Source: Catajapyx aquilonaris (taxonomy: Eukaryota). Taken from it: a stretch of 64,000 nucleotides of DNA. Made by a program: the position numbers and the translations under genes. The stretch spans positions 1-64,000 of the forward strand of contig KZ538382.1 of NCBI GenBank assembly GCA_000934665.2. Reading direction: 5' to 3'. How positions within the stretch are numbered: the first letter of the stretch is position 1; the number at the start of each line of letters is the position of its first letter. Of the stretch, positions 52,477 through 64,000 are shown piece after piece. The notes below the pieces were generated by a model. It worked only from the letters and a program-made list of their open reading frames with translations, ran no database searches and was not told the origin of the DNA.

Positions 52477-53276
52477 TTTTCGCTTACCAAGTACTTGGTA
52501 GGCGAAAATCAAATGTTCATGAAAACTATGCTATTAAACACATTTCTAATCTTGAATTGATTTCAAATGATACTACTATTTATTGCAAAAATAGTAACAA
52601 GCCCCGGGCATCACACGAGCTGGTTACAAACCCTGTCAATCCCAGAGGGGGAAACCCACCGATCGGTAGCGGGTGCCCCACAAGCCACGGATCAATTTAT
52701 AAGTTCCCCCCCACACCCCCTGATAGTTGTCGTGACACTATTTGTGTCAAAGCTGCGCTTGTAGAAGTGACGGACGGTCGTGTCACGACATGGGCGTGAC
52801 ATTTTCCGCCGCAAGGTGCTTTTCCCCCTTTTAATGAGCCGACTGAGAATGTAGCGCACGTTTGCCGTGTGCCGTCATATTACCACCACCAATAAGCCAT
52901 AACACGTGCGGAGAAAACCGAGGCACCGTTTTTTGGAATTTTGGGATGGCCATACAATGTCCTTTGGAAGATACGCACCATCATAATCGGCTCCTTGTTT
53001 AGCATCAACGCCTCCCTTCCGCAACGTGGAGATTGACGCTGACAATCTTATTAACGAGTCTTCTTTCAAGGATGGAAGTTTGATAAGCGAGTTAATGTGC
53101 TGGCTGGCTGGCTTGGATGGAGGGGGGAGGGGGGAAGGGGGGGAAATTCCTCTCTTCTGGCAAAAGTTTAGTTGACAGTAATTATTAGACGGGACGTTCG
53201 GGTTAAGCCCACCCTTTTAATATTTCGTCTTTCACCCTGGTTAGCCTCGGGTATTGAACTTTGGTGTGCGTTGCAG

Positions 53277-53437
53277 GTGACGGCCCCGATTACCTCAACC
53301 TGGCCCTGCGCGATGGTGGTGTGGCCATTTCGGTCAATCTGGGGAGCGGACCACACGACACCCTGCTCAAGCCATCCAAAGTTCGGTTTGATGACAACCA
53401 GTGGCATAAAGTTACGGTTCATCGCAAGGCTCAAGAA
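53277..53437 (+). CDS. Nrx-1: Alpha-neurexin coding exon 4: LNS2 core
   Basis: Acceptor gttgcag, donor GAA|GTGAGT. (G)DGPDYLNLALRDGGVAISVNLGSGPHDTLLKPSKVRFDDNQWHKVTVHRKAQE. Phase 1 in, phase 0 out. Confidence 0.95.
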
Positions 53438-55164
53438 GTGAGTATATCTTCATCTTTCTTTCCCCAGTGTTTACTTTCTGTTAGACCGTAAGAGGATACG
53501 CAATTAGTGTGCTGTTTTTCGAAAGGTGAGGAGGATGAATGATGCGCAGTACCATGCAGTTGGTGCCAGGAAATATTAATTTTCATATTTCGTCGAGACA
53601 GAGTGTGACAGTCCATACAATAGTGCAAGTCCATGACAGTACAAGTTTCAATGTACCAGGTTATCTGATTCAGGTGCATGTTGTGATAAGATAACCTCAC
53701 CGCACATTTCGACATACACTGTACCCATAATTAATTGGATGTCACATTCCATCCACCCTAGAAACAGAACCTTTCCCCTCAAATTCCCTGGCTGCAATAT
53801 AGTTTAGATACGGCTGATCAAGCACCATCCAGGCAGTGCACTCGAATAATGAACAGTGCTTATCCTGGGTGGGAACTTGAACAAATCAAATGAATGTTAA
53901 TGTCCAGAGTGTAACAAGAGCCGGCCATGTAATGGCCAGTTGTTGTGCTTGTGTGCGGATCCGTTTTGGGAGGGTGTAGATATCCGAACCGATATCCCCA
54001 CCCCCCCATTCCCACCCCTCTCCCAAACTATGAGCACGCGCCTACATCTGTTTCAAATGGCGGATTATCCCGTTGTATCGAGCACCGCAGAGAAGTGTCC
54101 CACCAATCAGCAGGCTGGATTGGTCCGATATTACGTTGCCTGCTAATATCACCGCTAACCAGTTTATTCCTGGCGGGATGCGTATTCTGGTGCAAAATGT
54201 TTTGGAGTAATGACGTGGAGAGAATATGGCAATTACGGTAAGGACTATCTGCGAAATAATGATCACTAACAACGGTTCAGTTTCATGCTGATGCGTCTCG
54301 TAATCCGAGGATTAAACAGGGCAACTGGAATCATCAAATCGATGGAAATTGGTCGCAGGTTTTTTTTTTTTTTTCGAATAGTGTATGGCTTCCGCCTCAC
54401 AAAAGCATGCCGAGCATATTTTAACATAGAGCCAGGCTGCACACTGTTGGCGTCTGTCCCGTCATTTTGGACATATGGGGGCACTGCAAATGCACTTCTA
54501 AAGGTCCGAAAGGAATGTTGTGGCCGAAGCGCCATTAAGCCCCCTGGTAGTTGCTTTCTCACAAATATGTGGCCAAGTTCGTGGCCATGTTCACCACAGC
54601 CGGCTCTGTGAGTTTTGCTGGTATTGGCGGGTTGATAATGTATGGTAATGTGTATACCATTTAGGATGTAATATTAATTGTTGATGAGAGCATAAGGGGA
54701 TTTCTGCTGCAGTGTGATGTCGTTAGTTAAATGATCCTGAAGTTCATATTATTCAGTTCCACTAGGTTGCCATAGGCAGGCGCTCAGTTGCGGCGTAAAA
54801 TGTCTCCCCAAAAGCTCGCCCAAAAGAGTGCGAATATATCTGAAAATAAAATTTCATTTTGTGTTGGGAATAATTGAATAAAATTATGCAGCACACGACG
54901 TGGACCCTCAGGTTCAAACCATATCAGCTATGAAAATTTTATGATGTTGGTTCAGCGATAGGCTGAAACATTTTTAGTTCATAAGTTATACTCATGAATT
55001 TTAATAAATTGCTGTAATTAACCCGGTATAACACAGTGTCTCTAAAATCTGAAATTTAATCTTGTTAGCTGCAAGGTTTCCTGAGTATATATAGAGGGCT
55101 TATTACTGGTGTGCTGTGCCAATAGTCTACCCTGTTGGTGCCAGACATTTCACACTTGTTTAGG

Positions 55165-55420
55165 TCAAGGAACTATTGGAAGTCTCCAGTCTATAGATGT
55201 GCCAGAAAAGAACACTCGTGAAGAGTTTCCCAATTGATTGTTTTTAAGGTGCACCTGTAAAGTCTTGCTGTAGGAACTGCGTGAGTGTAAGGTATTGATT
55301 ATTTGGAGGCAAAAATCCTTGGACGACGAAAAAGCCAGAATTTCCTTCCACCTGGATACACTTAGACTCTTGTTAAAAGGGAATCCATGAAACCCGTGGG
55401 ATTTCCTAATGAAGTTTATC
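55165..55420 (-). pseudogene. Degraded THAP-domain relic (P-element-like N-terminus)
   Basis: GFHGFPFN...RWKEIL, then frameshifted FLPPNNQYLTLTQFLQQDF, then RLPIVP. This matches the THAP layout FHxFP..W..CSxHF..DF..AVP, with the zinc ligands decayed. Confidence 0.4.
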
Positions 55421-56004
55421 GATTTGGACGGATACCTTTGCTTCGATAAGGAGATTATAGTGACTGTCACATTCTGAGTCTCTCAAGTTCTATGCTGCTT
55501 GGAATATACGATGTACTGCATTATTCCGTGATTTGAGATGATGCAAGTTATATTTTAATTAGTTGCTTCTACTCTGTTAAGTTAATATTCAAAATTAATA
55601 ATACACTGTAGCAGAGCAGCGCACTCGAGTGTATAACAATTTAATTAGGGAAAAGCTTGGGTGTTACATTGCAATTACGTACTGTACGCCATTCCACTAT
55701 TTAGTAAGTTATTAGTTTACGCAAATGAATATAAATACAGAGCATCGTTGCGTTAACAATGAATATGCATATCCTGTTACAGTACGTACATTACTTGAGA
55801 ATATTTATACTAGTAGCTACCGTAGCCTAATTAAAGGCGAGAACAAACAATGTATTCCTCCCTAACGAATCATAGCTACATAATATAAACTCAATAATGG
55901 GTTTATATTATGCAAATAATAATAGAAATACACATTAATATGCAGTGTGGTGATGTGTAAATGATGTTATGTGGCATTGTTTTCTCTTGTTACACGCTTT
56001 CCAG

Positions 56005-56031
56005 ATTTCAGGAGCAACTAGTCTCTGCCAC
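56005..56031 (+). CDS. Nrx-1: 27-nt neurexin microexon (ISGATSLCH) in LNS2, at the splice-site-2-equivalent position
   Basis: Acceptor ttttctcttgttacacgctttccag, consensus donor CAC|GTAAGT. Nine codons, phase 0/0. Fits between ...HRKAQE and LSLTLDG.... Confidence 0.85.
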
Positions 56032-57918
56032 GTAAGTATTCATATCCACCAATAAGTTATCTTACTTTATTTTGGTGTTGTTGCAAGAATCATATTACGA
56101 AGACGTTCGTACATATGGACAGAGGACCTGTGAAAAAAATAACCATTCCTCTAGTAAAACGTTTCCTCTCATTATGTAGAGGGTATTCCCCGTAATGGCT
56201 ATCCACAGCAGCTCAGGTCGACCATATTTGCATTTTGCAATGTAAAGACCTATTGCGCTGTGTGCTTTAAGCCTATACCTGTGGCGTTTAATCAGTGGCA
56301 TCTGTACAAGATTTATTGGTGCAAACGGTATCGTAAATTGTTCCTGTCAATTGTCATTGGTTGAAGCACCCATGTAATCAGTGCCATGCCAGCAGTTTTG
56401 GAATGAATTAGGCAACTTCAGCCCAGATTTTTCAAGCGGCTGTCACTGGCTTTGCCAAAAGTCGTTTATCCTTTTTATTTCCTTTTGTTTCACTCAGATT
56501 TTCAGCCGGAAGGCTTGAACAGTAGCTAGTGCATTTTCGTGCCGCCCAGCCAGAATGCAAAGTTGTCATCTCATAAACCCGAATAGCTCGCTTTACGACG
56601 TTTCGGAATTTCAAATAGCGTTTGCCAGCATGCATCGCACATACATTCAAGAGCCGGTGCTTCTAACTTTTGACAAAACTGTATCACCTCAAGCAACATA
56701 TAAAATATGAGAGCCATCTGAAATCCGCGAAAAACTAACTCAAAACTTCGTTTATGTCATGCGGTCCAAGAGTGACACCTATTTTGTGATATAATATCCC
56801 TTGTTAAAGCTTTACAAGCAGGACGGTACACTATATTGGAAGCAGTGAAACAGCATGAAGAGTGATAGAGTGAGGATACGAAGCTACAAACTTTCAAAGT
56901 GCCCATCAACGACGTACATTGTAACTTGCAAGGAATTTATACTCCTGATATAACGAGGCTGCAGATTTATGGGATCTTATTTGCATGAATGAAATTGCCT
57001 TGCGTACCTCTGATAGGATAGGAAGATTCTTATTAGGCGAAGACTCCCCTCCAGAGTCTCCAAACTCTGCGATCAAATTGATCCATTTATGCCTTAAAAG
57101 CCATTTGATGCTCTACTTGGCAAAACAATAGGTGGATAACCACCCTATGGAAATTCTGCCTTTGGGAAACTGCAATAAAAAAGGTGTCGCAACGTTGCCG
57201 GTTTTTAGGAATGTCGATAAATTGGTATGTATACGGATGCTTATAAGGGCAATAAAGAGCACAGATGATTGACCTTGCGAACATCAACCCCGTTCCGATT
57301 ATTACACTGTGGAAGGTAACAGGCTGAAGTTTAGCTTGTGCTTCTGCGGTTAAGTAAGAGCGCATTAGAGGCAAATCCTCGGAGAGAATTATTAGGACAT
57401 GATCATTAAGCACGCAGTGTACTTTGCATTTGAGATTGCCTCCACGGAAAGTCTCAGCATTCCATTGGCAACGTTCCGGGATCCTAATCAGGAAATATTG
57501 CCAACCTGCTTCTCCAAGCAAGGTGGCTCAGAACGCAATAAACTTTGCTCCAGCTGAGGCAACTTTGAAGGTATCGCTACCGAAACACCCCCAGAAAGTT
57601 TTTAAAGCACCGTTTTTGTCTAATTATTACCATCTTGTACTTGTTGTGCCTATTTAAACGTGAAAGTTACATCCCATTAATTAAGTACCGTATATTGAGA
57701 TTTTGACAAAATGATCTATCTTGTGACACCCCACGCTTTCACTAGATGGGGTTGTTGGCTAGTTGAGAGTTCCGCCACCAGCTAGTGTGTCAGGCTTTGT
57801 AGCCAGTCCTTGTTTGAAGCACGACCACAGCCATGGGTCAGGAAGGATGACCTAGGCTGGTTATCTATCTCCATAAAAATTGACGGACGTTCATAAACAA
57901 TATTGTTCTCCTCCACAG

Positions 57919-58077
57919 TTATCCCTAACCCTGGACGGCGTTTATTCCGAACGATGGACAATGGCCGGCACTTTCAGCATGCTGTCCTCCAGCCGAGTGT
58001 ACGTCGGAGGTGCCGAACACCCACACCTTCTGCCTGGTTCCAAAATAAGAAGCAACTTCGTAGGCTGCCTTCGAAAG
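57919..58077 (+). CDS. Nrx-1: Alpha-neurexin coding exon 6: C-terminal half of LNS2
   Basis: Acceptor ttgttctcctccacag, donor AAG|GTAAAT. LSLTLDGVYSERWTMAGTFSMLSSSRVYVGGAEHPHLLPGSKIRSNFVGCLRK (53 codons), with the LNS-terminal NFxGCL motif. Confidence 0.95.
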
Positions 58078-59035
58078 GTAAATGACTGTGCATGTAATCG
58101 TCTTTTCACTCCTTCGCACCTCTATGCACACGATCCGATCATGGGGGGGTAAAGGCTGCTGCCTCATTTTGCACATCGATTCGAATGCAACCCCAGTGGG
58201 TTAGAGAGGCGAAGCAAACTCCTACTGATGCCACATGGTGCCAGGTCTAAAGGGGGGTGAAAATTTACGGTGGAAAGTCCTGGGAAGCAGTGGGAATTAT
58301 TATTCCTCATATTTCATTACCCATTGTTCACGGATTTAGGAGGAATTTATTTGCAAGGGGATTTATTACGGCTTCCAATTTTAGGACGTCCGGATTGGAC
58401 AAAGTCGTGCGAGGATGAAAAAGGAACGTTTCGGTGGCTCCTGGGATTTGTCCCCGGGTGATTTGTGGCTCTTTTGTCGGTGTATAATTCAAATCGAGTC
58501 GGTAAAACCCCAATTTCTAGCTGGAGAGTGCTGCAAAAACATGTCGATTGAACGGCTCATTTTGGAATTGCTGTCGCGTGATCAGTACAGATTGAGCGTT
58601 TTCACGCCAGACACTGGTTCGAATATGACGGTGCTTTACTGTTGCCCAAATACCGCATATTTTTGTCGACAATGAGTTGGCATTGTAGCTCAAATGTTCA
58701 AACCGAACCATAGGATTGCGCAAATGAACCGACTGAACCTACATTTCAAAAAAAAATCAAGGGCTGACGAACGAATTCACTGCCTGAGCCTCTCGATTAA
58801 AAATGCATTTAATTGTTGAAATAGTAACGAGAATTAGTAGTTTCCGCCACTAACGATCGGCCATTCTGACAAAGGTCAAACCAATCGTATGCCAAGTTCG
58901 GTTTTGGCACCGCCTGGCTAAAATTCAAACTGGCGTTAAATTAATCAATCAAAAATGTTCACTCTCTCTCTCTCAAATTTTCATGTTGATATCTAACATT
59001 TATGTTCGGATAAATTCAATATTGTACACAATGTA

Positions 59036-59285
59036 CAGTGGTGGACATTAATCTGATGCGCCAGAAGTGCAAATCGAAGTGAGCCGTGCGAGTAAGAAGA
59101 GGTAGGCCTTGAGTGACGTCACTGGCTGGGGGGGCAATGGAGAAAAGGCTTGTCCCCCAGCCAGTGACGTCACCCAAGGGCAACCAGTTCTTACTCGCAC
59201 GGCTCGGACTCTATCACTTCCATCTGCACGTCTGCCGCAACGGAAAATGTCGCTAGCAGTATGACGGAATTAATGTCCAGCACTG
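59036..59285. mobile_element. Tc1/mariner-type MITE (family A, copy 2)
   Basis: TA-CAGTG(G)TGGACATTAAT...ATTAATGTCCAGCACTG-TA termini with TA TSD. Palindromic interior with two GTGACGTCAC. Closely similar to the 5.2-kb copy. Confidence 0.88.
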
Positions 59286-59529
59286 TAAACCGTAGTATAT
59301 GGCCAGAACACATGCTACAGTGACCTTCGAAGCAACAGGCAGCCAACTACCCATCATCCTAGTCCATACCCGCATTATTTACTTAAACATTAATTAAACC
59401 TGCAAACTCAAGCGTGCACGAATAATGGCAGCCAAAGCTGCAAACACCATGCAGCAAACTTTCCCCACTCCCAAATTAAACCCAGCTATTAGCAGCAAAG
59501 AAACAGTCCCCTAAAAACTAGGCACTGTA

Positions 59530-60014
59530 CGACTCCTAAAGCCCTTAGCCTCCTTTTTCCTTGACTTGTTGCAATCCTAGGCCCATAGTCGAGCTCTCCC
59601 ATTTGGACTTGAAGAGAGCCTCATCAATACCTCGCAGACCCCATTTCCTTCTGATCCATTTGGAGCCCTGATGGCGAATCCTGTCACAGCTAGGCAGGAC
59701 GCCTCCAATCATGGAGAAGTGCTGAGAAACACTGAAAGGAGGCCCTGCTGAATTCACTCCCGCAAAGTTTATCTGGTAATTTCATCGGCAGGAATAGGAT
59801 GAAAGCTGGATATAATTGGCAGATTGGAGGAGAGGATCGGCACGACGATGCTTTTCTTAGAGGAGGGTGTAATGTGCAGGTCGTGAGAAACTGGAAGAGA
59901 AAAGGAAGTCCATGCACCAGTAAACCCCCCAATCTTCTTAGAAATTGATTCGATTGTACCGAAGTATAGGCTCAATTTATTGGTGGGGATTACTGGCCAG
60001 GAAATGTATTTCAA
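59530..60014 (-). pseudogene. Degraded L1/Tx1-like non-LTR retrotransposon ORF2 fragment (post-RT region)
   Basis: Minus-strand frames give KYISWPV...KL...IESISKKI, then IVVPILSSNLPI, then KW...QVKEKGG*GL. This order resembles the L1-clade motifs KYLGxP, LIKSVLSSxP and KxxGGLG. Frameshifted. Confidence 0.5.
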
Positions 60015-60471
60015 TGTGGGTGGCGAATCGGTACAAGCACGCGTGTGTCCTCCCTGCTGCTGTAATTCTCCGCACTGACATTTATGGTCAGTGGCAAGCC
60101 CACTTTTGAGGGTTCATGTGACACGAGATTCTCAAATTAGGGTGACTTGAACTAGGAAGAAAACCGGGTTAGATCATCACGCACAAATCAGTCATATAGT
60201 GCGACGCATTTGCGAGCATTGCTCCCCATGCGAGTTTGCGATTAAAAACTCCGCCCCCATTAGGTCACCGACCAATTCCAGGCAGGGATTCATGGCTGTG
60301 CCCAATGGGATTTGTGTCATGCATCCATACCGATCCAAGAGCTATAAAGCATCGCGTGTATGTTGGGTTGTATCATGATAGGATGAATCAACTGTCACTT
60401 TTCCTCCTGGGCAAACTTGAAGTCGCATCCATGACATTACCATATTGACACATTTCGTTTGATCCTCCCAG

Positions 60472-60624
60472 GTGGAGTTCAGCGCCGACACCCTCAAGTT
60501 GGACCTGATCGAATTGGGTCGTACAGGCAACAAGCTCATCATAGTGGCGGGAAGGCTGGAGTACATGTGCCAGGAAGTTGATGCTGCAGATCCAGTCACC
60601 TTTACCACCAAGGATTCATATATG
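60472..60624 (+). CDS. Nrx-1: Alpha-neurexin coding exon 7: end of LNS2 / first strand of LNS3
   Basis: Acceptor ttcgtttgatcctcccag, donor ATG|GTAAGC. VEFSADTLKLDLIELGRTGNKLIIVAGRLEYMCQEVDAADPVTFTTKDSYM (51 codons). The gene continues beyond the window. Confidence 0.95.
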
Positions 60625-63045
60625 GTAAGCCATGTTCGCAATCATCCCATCATCATTTGATTTTCAAAATTTCGAAAAGATCTGAAGTCCAGGCCAAAAT
60701 GGAAGCCAAGTGCCTCACCGCATTGGCCTCAGATCTTTGATTACAGACGCTGTTGTGCAGTTGAAACGTTCAGGTGACCTCCGACACCGGCCAAGTCGCT
60801 CAATCTTCTCGTGTGAGCGCACTTTGGACAACAATTTTCTCAAGTCATTTTCCCTCGACAGTTCAAAAAAAAAACATCCGCGAGCCTATCAAGGTGGAAG
60901 GATAAAATTGAAGCAAGGACATCTAGACAGCAGACATCTTTTCGTCTCGCCCTTTTGCCTTTTTGCAGACTCTCTGCTGCCGAAAAAGGCTCTGCTAATC
61001 ATTTCCTCTGCCAGAATTAAGATCCGGAATCCCTAAGTGGAGTAATTTACGTGCTAATTACTCTACTGCGGGATAGGAAAATGTCACTGCGGCTGGATTC
61101 CACCATCCATTTAACGCTTAAAATAATTTGCGCAAAAATGAAGTCAGCCTTTTGTATAATAAAAAAGGGCTAAGTACGTTGTATGTTGACATATGTTTTC
61201 TTAGAAATTACTCTGAATTTGCAAAAGTCGAGTCAGTGACTGACCTACTTTCTAGTGTCGTTATTACGTGACCTCTCTTGAAAAAAAAATCAGTTTTTCC
61301 TCGAACATTGGAGTAATTCGGCTGTTTGTGTAAACGCATGACGTGCTCCATTCATCGCATGTTGCACAGGTCCCCCTACCATTGTGTTGGCATCCCTGGT
61401 CCCTCATGAAGGTGCGTGCCTCAATGAAAAACCAGATAAAGCTCAAAGGAAAGTCCACGGCGCTTCGTGCATTTGGAACACAACGTTGGAAATAGTATTA
61501 CATGAGCTTTTAAGTTGTTATCTCTGTATCCCGGGCACTGCACCAGAATTAAAATACGGTCGGAGTTATTAATAAATGAGCACTTGTGGCATTGCACTGA
61601 CTGGGGGGACAGAAGAATGGCACGCATTGTTTGCTGAAACTACAATATGGACGGATTAACAGAACATGCGGTCAGTGATTGCGTAGGGTTTATCAGAAGC
61701 TGCACGCATTTTTGGATGTGTAGCAGCTATTACATGTATAGGTCACGTAGGTTGCCTAATATCAAAGTTAAATTAAGAATGGATCGTTAATTTTACAAGG
61801 CGCATGTGGACCAACCAAAAAAAAAAAAGTTTCAATTTTGCAGGATAATTGGCGCACATTCCTTCCTTGATCACCCATGCAGTCCAGCGCACAGGGAGAG
61901 TGCATTCCACAACAATATCGATGTTAACGTGGCATGCCAAGTGTAATTTTGTGCGCCTGAAAAATGGCGGCGTCCTAATTAAAGCTTAATTGTTGCAGAT
62001 GCAGACGTAGAAATATGCAGGGGGTGTGTGCAGGCAGACTTAATAAAAGGTGCCCTGGGTGAGTGTATGTGAAATGATGAAGGACCTGAAACTGTGTGTT
62101 GAGGTGGAATTTTTTTAAATGATTTTTAGTATACTGATGATAAAATACCAAAATTGGTATTTCATGTATTTAAACGAACTGATTGGGTCCAAACAAATGT
62201 GTTAAATTCACAGTGTGCGTCTTCGTCATTTGAACATGCAAATCGAAACCGAATTCCGTTTCCATATGTCAGTTGGCGATATGAAATTACGCGCGCACTT
62301 TGCACTCTGCGTAGTAAAAAAAAATGAATGATCCTTTGTAACGACATTATCGTTGAACTGTTAACCCAATCGAGGCAAACGTCGCATTTCCCTCCAGCAT
62401 AGGTCCGCCCCAATAATGAATGAGTCTGCCATGTCCAAATCACGCCCTTGTTTTTCTCAACCAGACCGAACATCAGAGCAGTGATTTCCCCCCCCCCCNA
62501 ATATTTGATCGTGGGCCAGACGAAAATTGAGTGTCGCCTTGTGTTTTTGGGGGCATTTTGTTTTTCAGTGGGTCAACCATCAGCCGGCCAAAGTCAGTGG
62601 ACCGTACGTACTTACTCTGTGGCTCTGATTAGTGCCTTTGCCTGAGTTATGGAAAGCTTTAGTTTTCTTCTCCCCCGAAACTAGTAGACGATCACTAACT
62701 TGTGCGGCGCTGTGATTGCATGCCACTTTCCAGGAAGGACAGCTGAAAAACCGCTTTGATGACGCCATTACGCTTCAAGGGAAAAACTCATTCTAAATCT
62801 TCCTCCGCATGGAACTAACCCCGCGTGCTTCGAAAAACCGCTGTAACCTACTTTTATTGATTGAACGATCAGAGCAGCAATTCCGCTGGTTAACCTCTAA
62901 AAATATATCAGTACCCAAAATAGCAAAATAATAATAAAAAAATGAAGAGTACTTTGGAGGGTTGTGTCACTTTGTACTACTTCTAGAGTGAGAATGAATG
63001 AATGCGTAGTCTTTTTGACCAGCTTATTGTCCATTCTCACCCCAG

Positions 63046-63096
63046 GCCTACTACTCTGAGGGCGTGATCACCTACTCCACTCCAGACTCCTTCCTG
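63046..63096 (+). CDS. Nrx-1: Putative alternative 51-nt neurexin exon (AYYSEGVITYSTPDSFL), paralogous to the last 17 codons of exon 7
   Basis: Acceptor ttattgtccattctcaccccag with TTGAC branch-like site upstream, donor CTG|GTAAGC. 17 open, GC3-rich codons in phase 0/0. VITYSTPDSFL aligns with PVTFTTKDSYM. Confidence 0.7.
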
Positions 63097-64000
63097 GTAA
63101 GCTACTTCAAGTTCATTTTTGGATTAGCTTACATCTTTTTTTTTCTTATTCATTTTTAATGCGTTGAGAAGCTGCCACAGTCTGATCTAGGCATGGTTAC
63201 AAATTCGTAACAAGTTATGGGTTACAAGTTTCGTAAGAAATATTTTTTTTGCATGGAATATTGCATGTGCAGTGTGATTCCGCATCAGACAGCTCACTGC
63301 GCATGGGATCTGCGCATATGTTTTACAACGCAGCACGTCTGCGCACTTTTTCACGATGCGGAATGACGCTGCAAATATTGTATTTTGAATTCATTGATCT
63401 TTTTTTTGTTCATTTTAGCTTGAATTGCCTGCCATTACCATTATTTGCGCACTAGATGGCTCTAATCAGTGTAATGCATCGGTGTTTTCTTGAAAGAAAT
63501 ATTGGGGGGGTTCAGTCTTCCTGTTGCGGCAGCTACAGCGAAACAAAAATCGTGAGGTCATTGTACGTCCACAAATAGACGTGGATTGCTGCCAGTGTCT
63601 TTGCTTCGATCGTATAATTATTTATTGCTACACGGTTCGCGCAATATGGGCTTCACTTGGAAAGGTTTATTACCACCACAATTTTGTTTGATCATGCCAT
63701 TTTCATTGTGACATCAGCTATCTGCACTCTTTCATTGCCATATGTTTTTACCCCTCATCCCATTTCACTTTGTTCGAAAAAAAAAAAATCCTGTGGTTAA
63801 TGGAGAAGACCTTTAAAAGGATTTTCCCCGCTTTTTGCAGAGCATGTTCTGACAGTCGATACACCAAACCAAAGCTGATAGCTTCATAACTCAGTTATCC
63901 CCAAAAAGTTTGCCTTTTCCGCATGCGACATGACCCACATTGCAGATATAGCTCTCTGCAATGAAACATTTTTGAACTGGATCGGACATATTTTTTTTTT

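Noticed and set aside
56432..56650. CR1-like ORF2 fragment RYLKFRNVVKRAIR
   Set aside because: Single short motif with no flanking RT or endonuclease motifs seen.

Overview
Eukaryotic (animal, probably arthropod) genomic DNA, not prokaryotic. The window holds the 5' half of an alpha-neurexin gene (Nrx-1/NRXN type) on the + strand. Seven coding exons join in frame across GT-AG introns of 1.9-24.5 kb: 12399-12998, 25645-25780, 50291-50440, 53277-53437, microexon 56005-56031, 57919-58077 and 60472-60624. Together they give 1386 nt (462 codons): signal peptide, LNS1, EGF1, LNS2 and the start of LNS3. The gene continues past the right edge. The most interesting signals are absent from the ORF track. 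(i) A cryptic 51-nt exon (63046-63096) re-encodes a diverged copy of the first LNS3 strand. (ii) A 27-nt microexon sits at the position of vertebrate splice site 2. (iii) There is a candidate 9-nt microexon between LNS1 and EGF1. (iv) Several AG|GT recursive-splice-like points lie in the long introns. (v) Two uORFs precede the start codon. The introns also carry a full-length tRNA-SINE with TSD, several MITE/hairpin families, minisatellites, very degraded transposon relics and one assembly gap. Most short ORFs in the track are noise. All family assignments come from visual motif recognition, not database searches.
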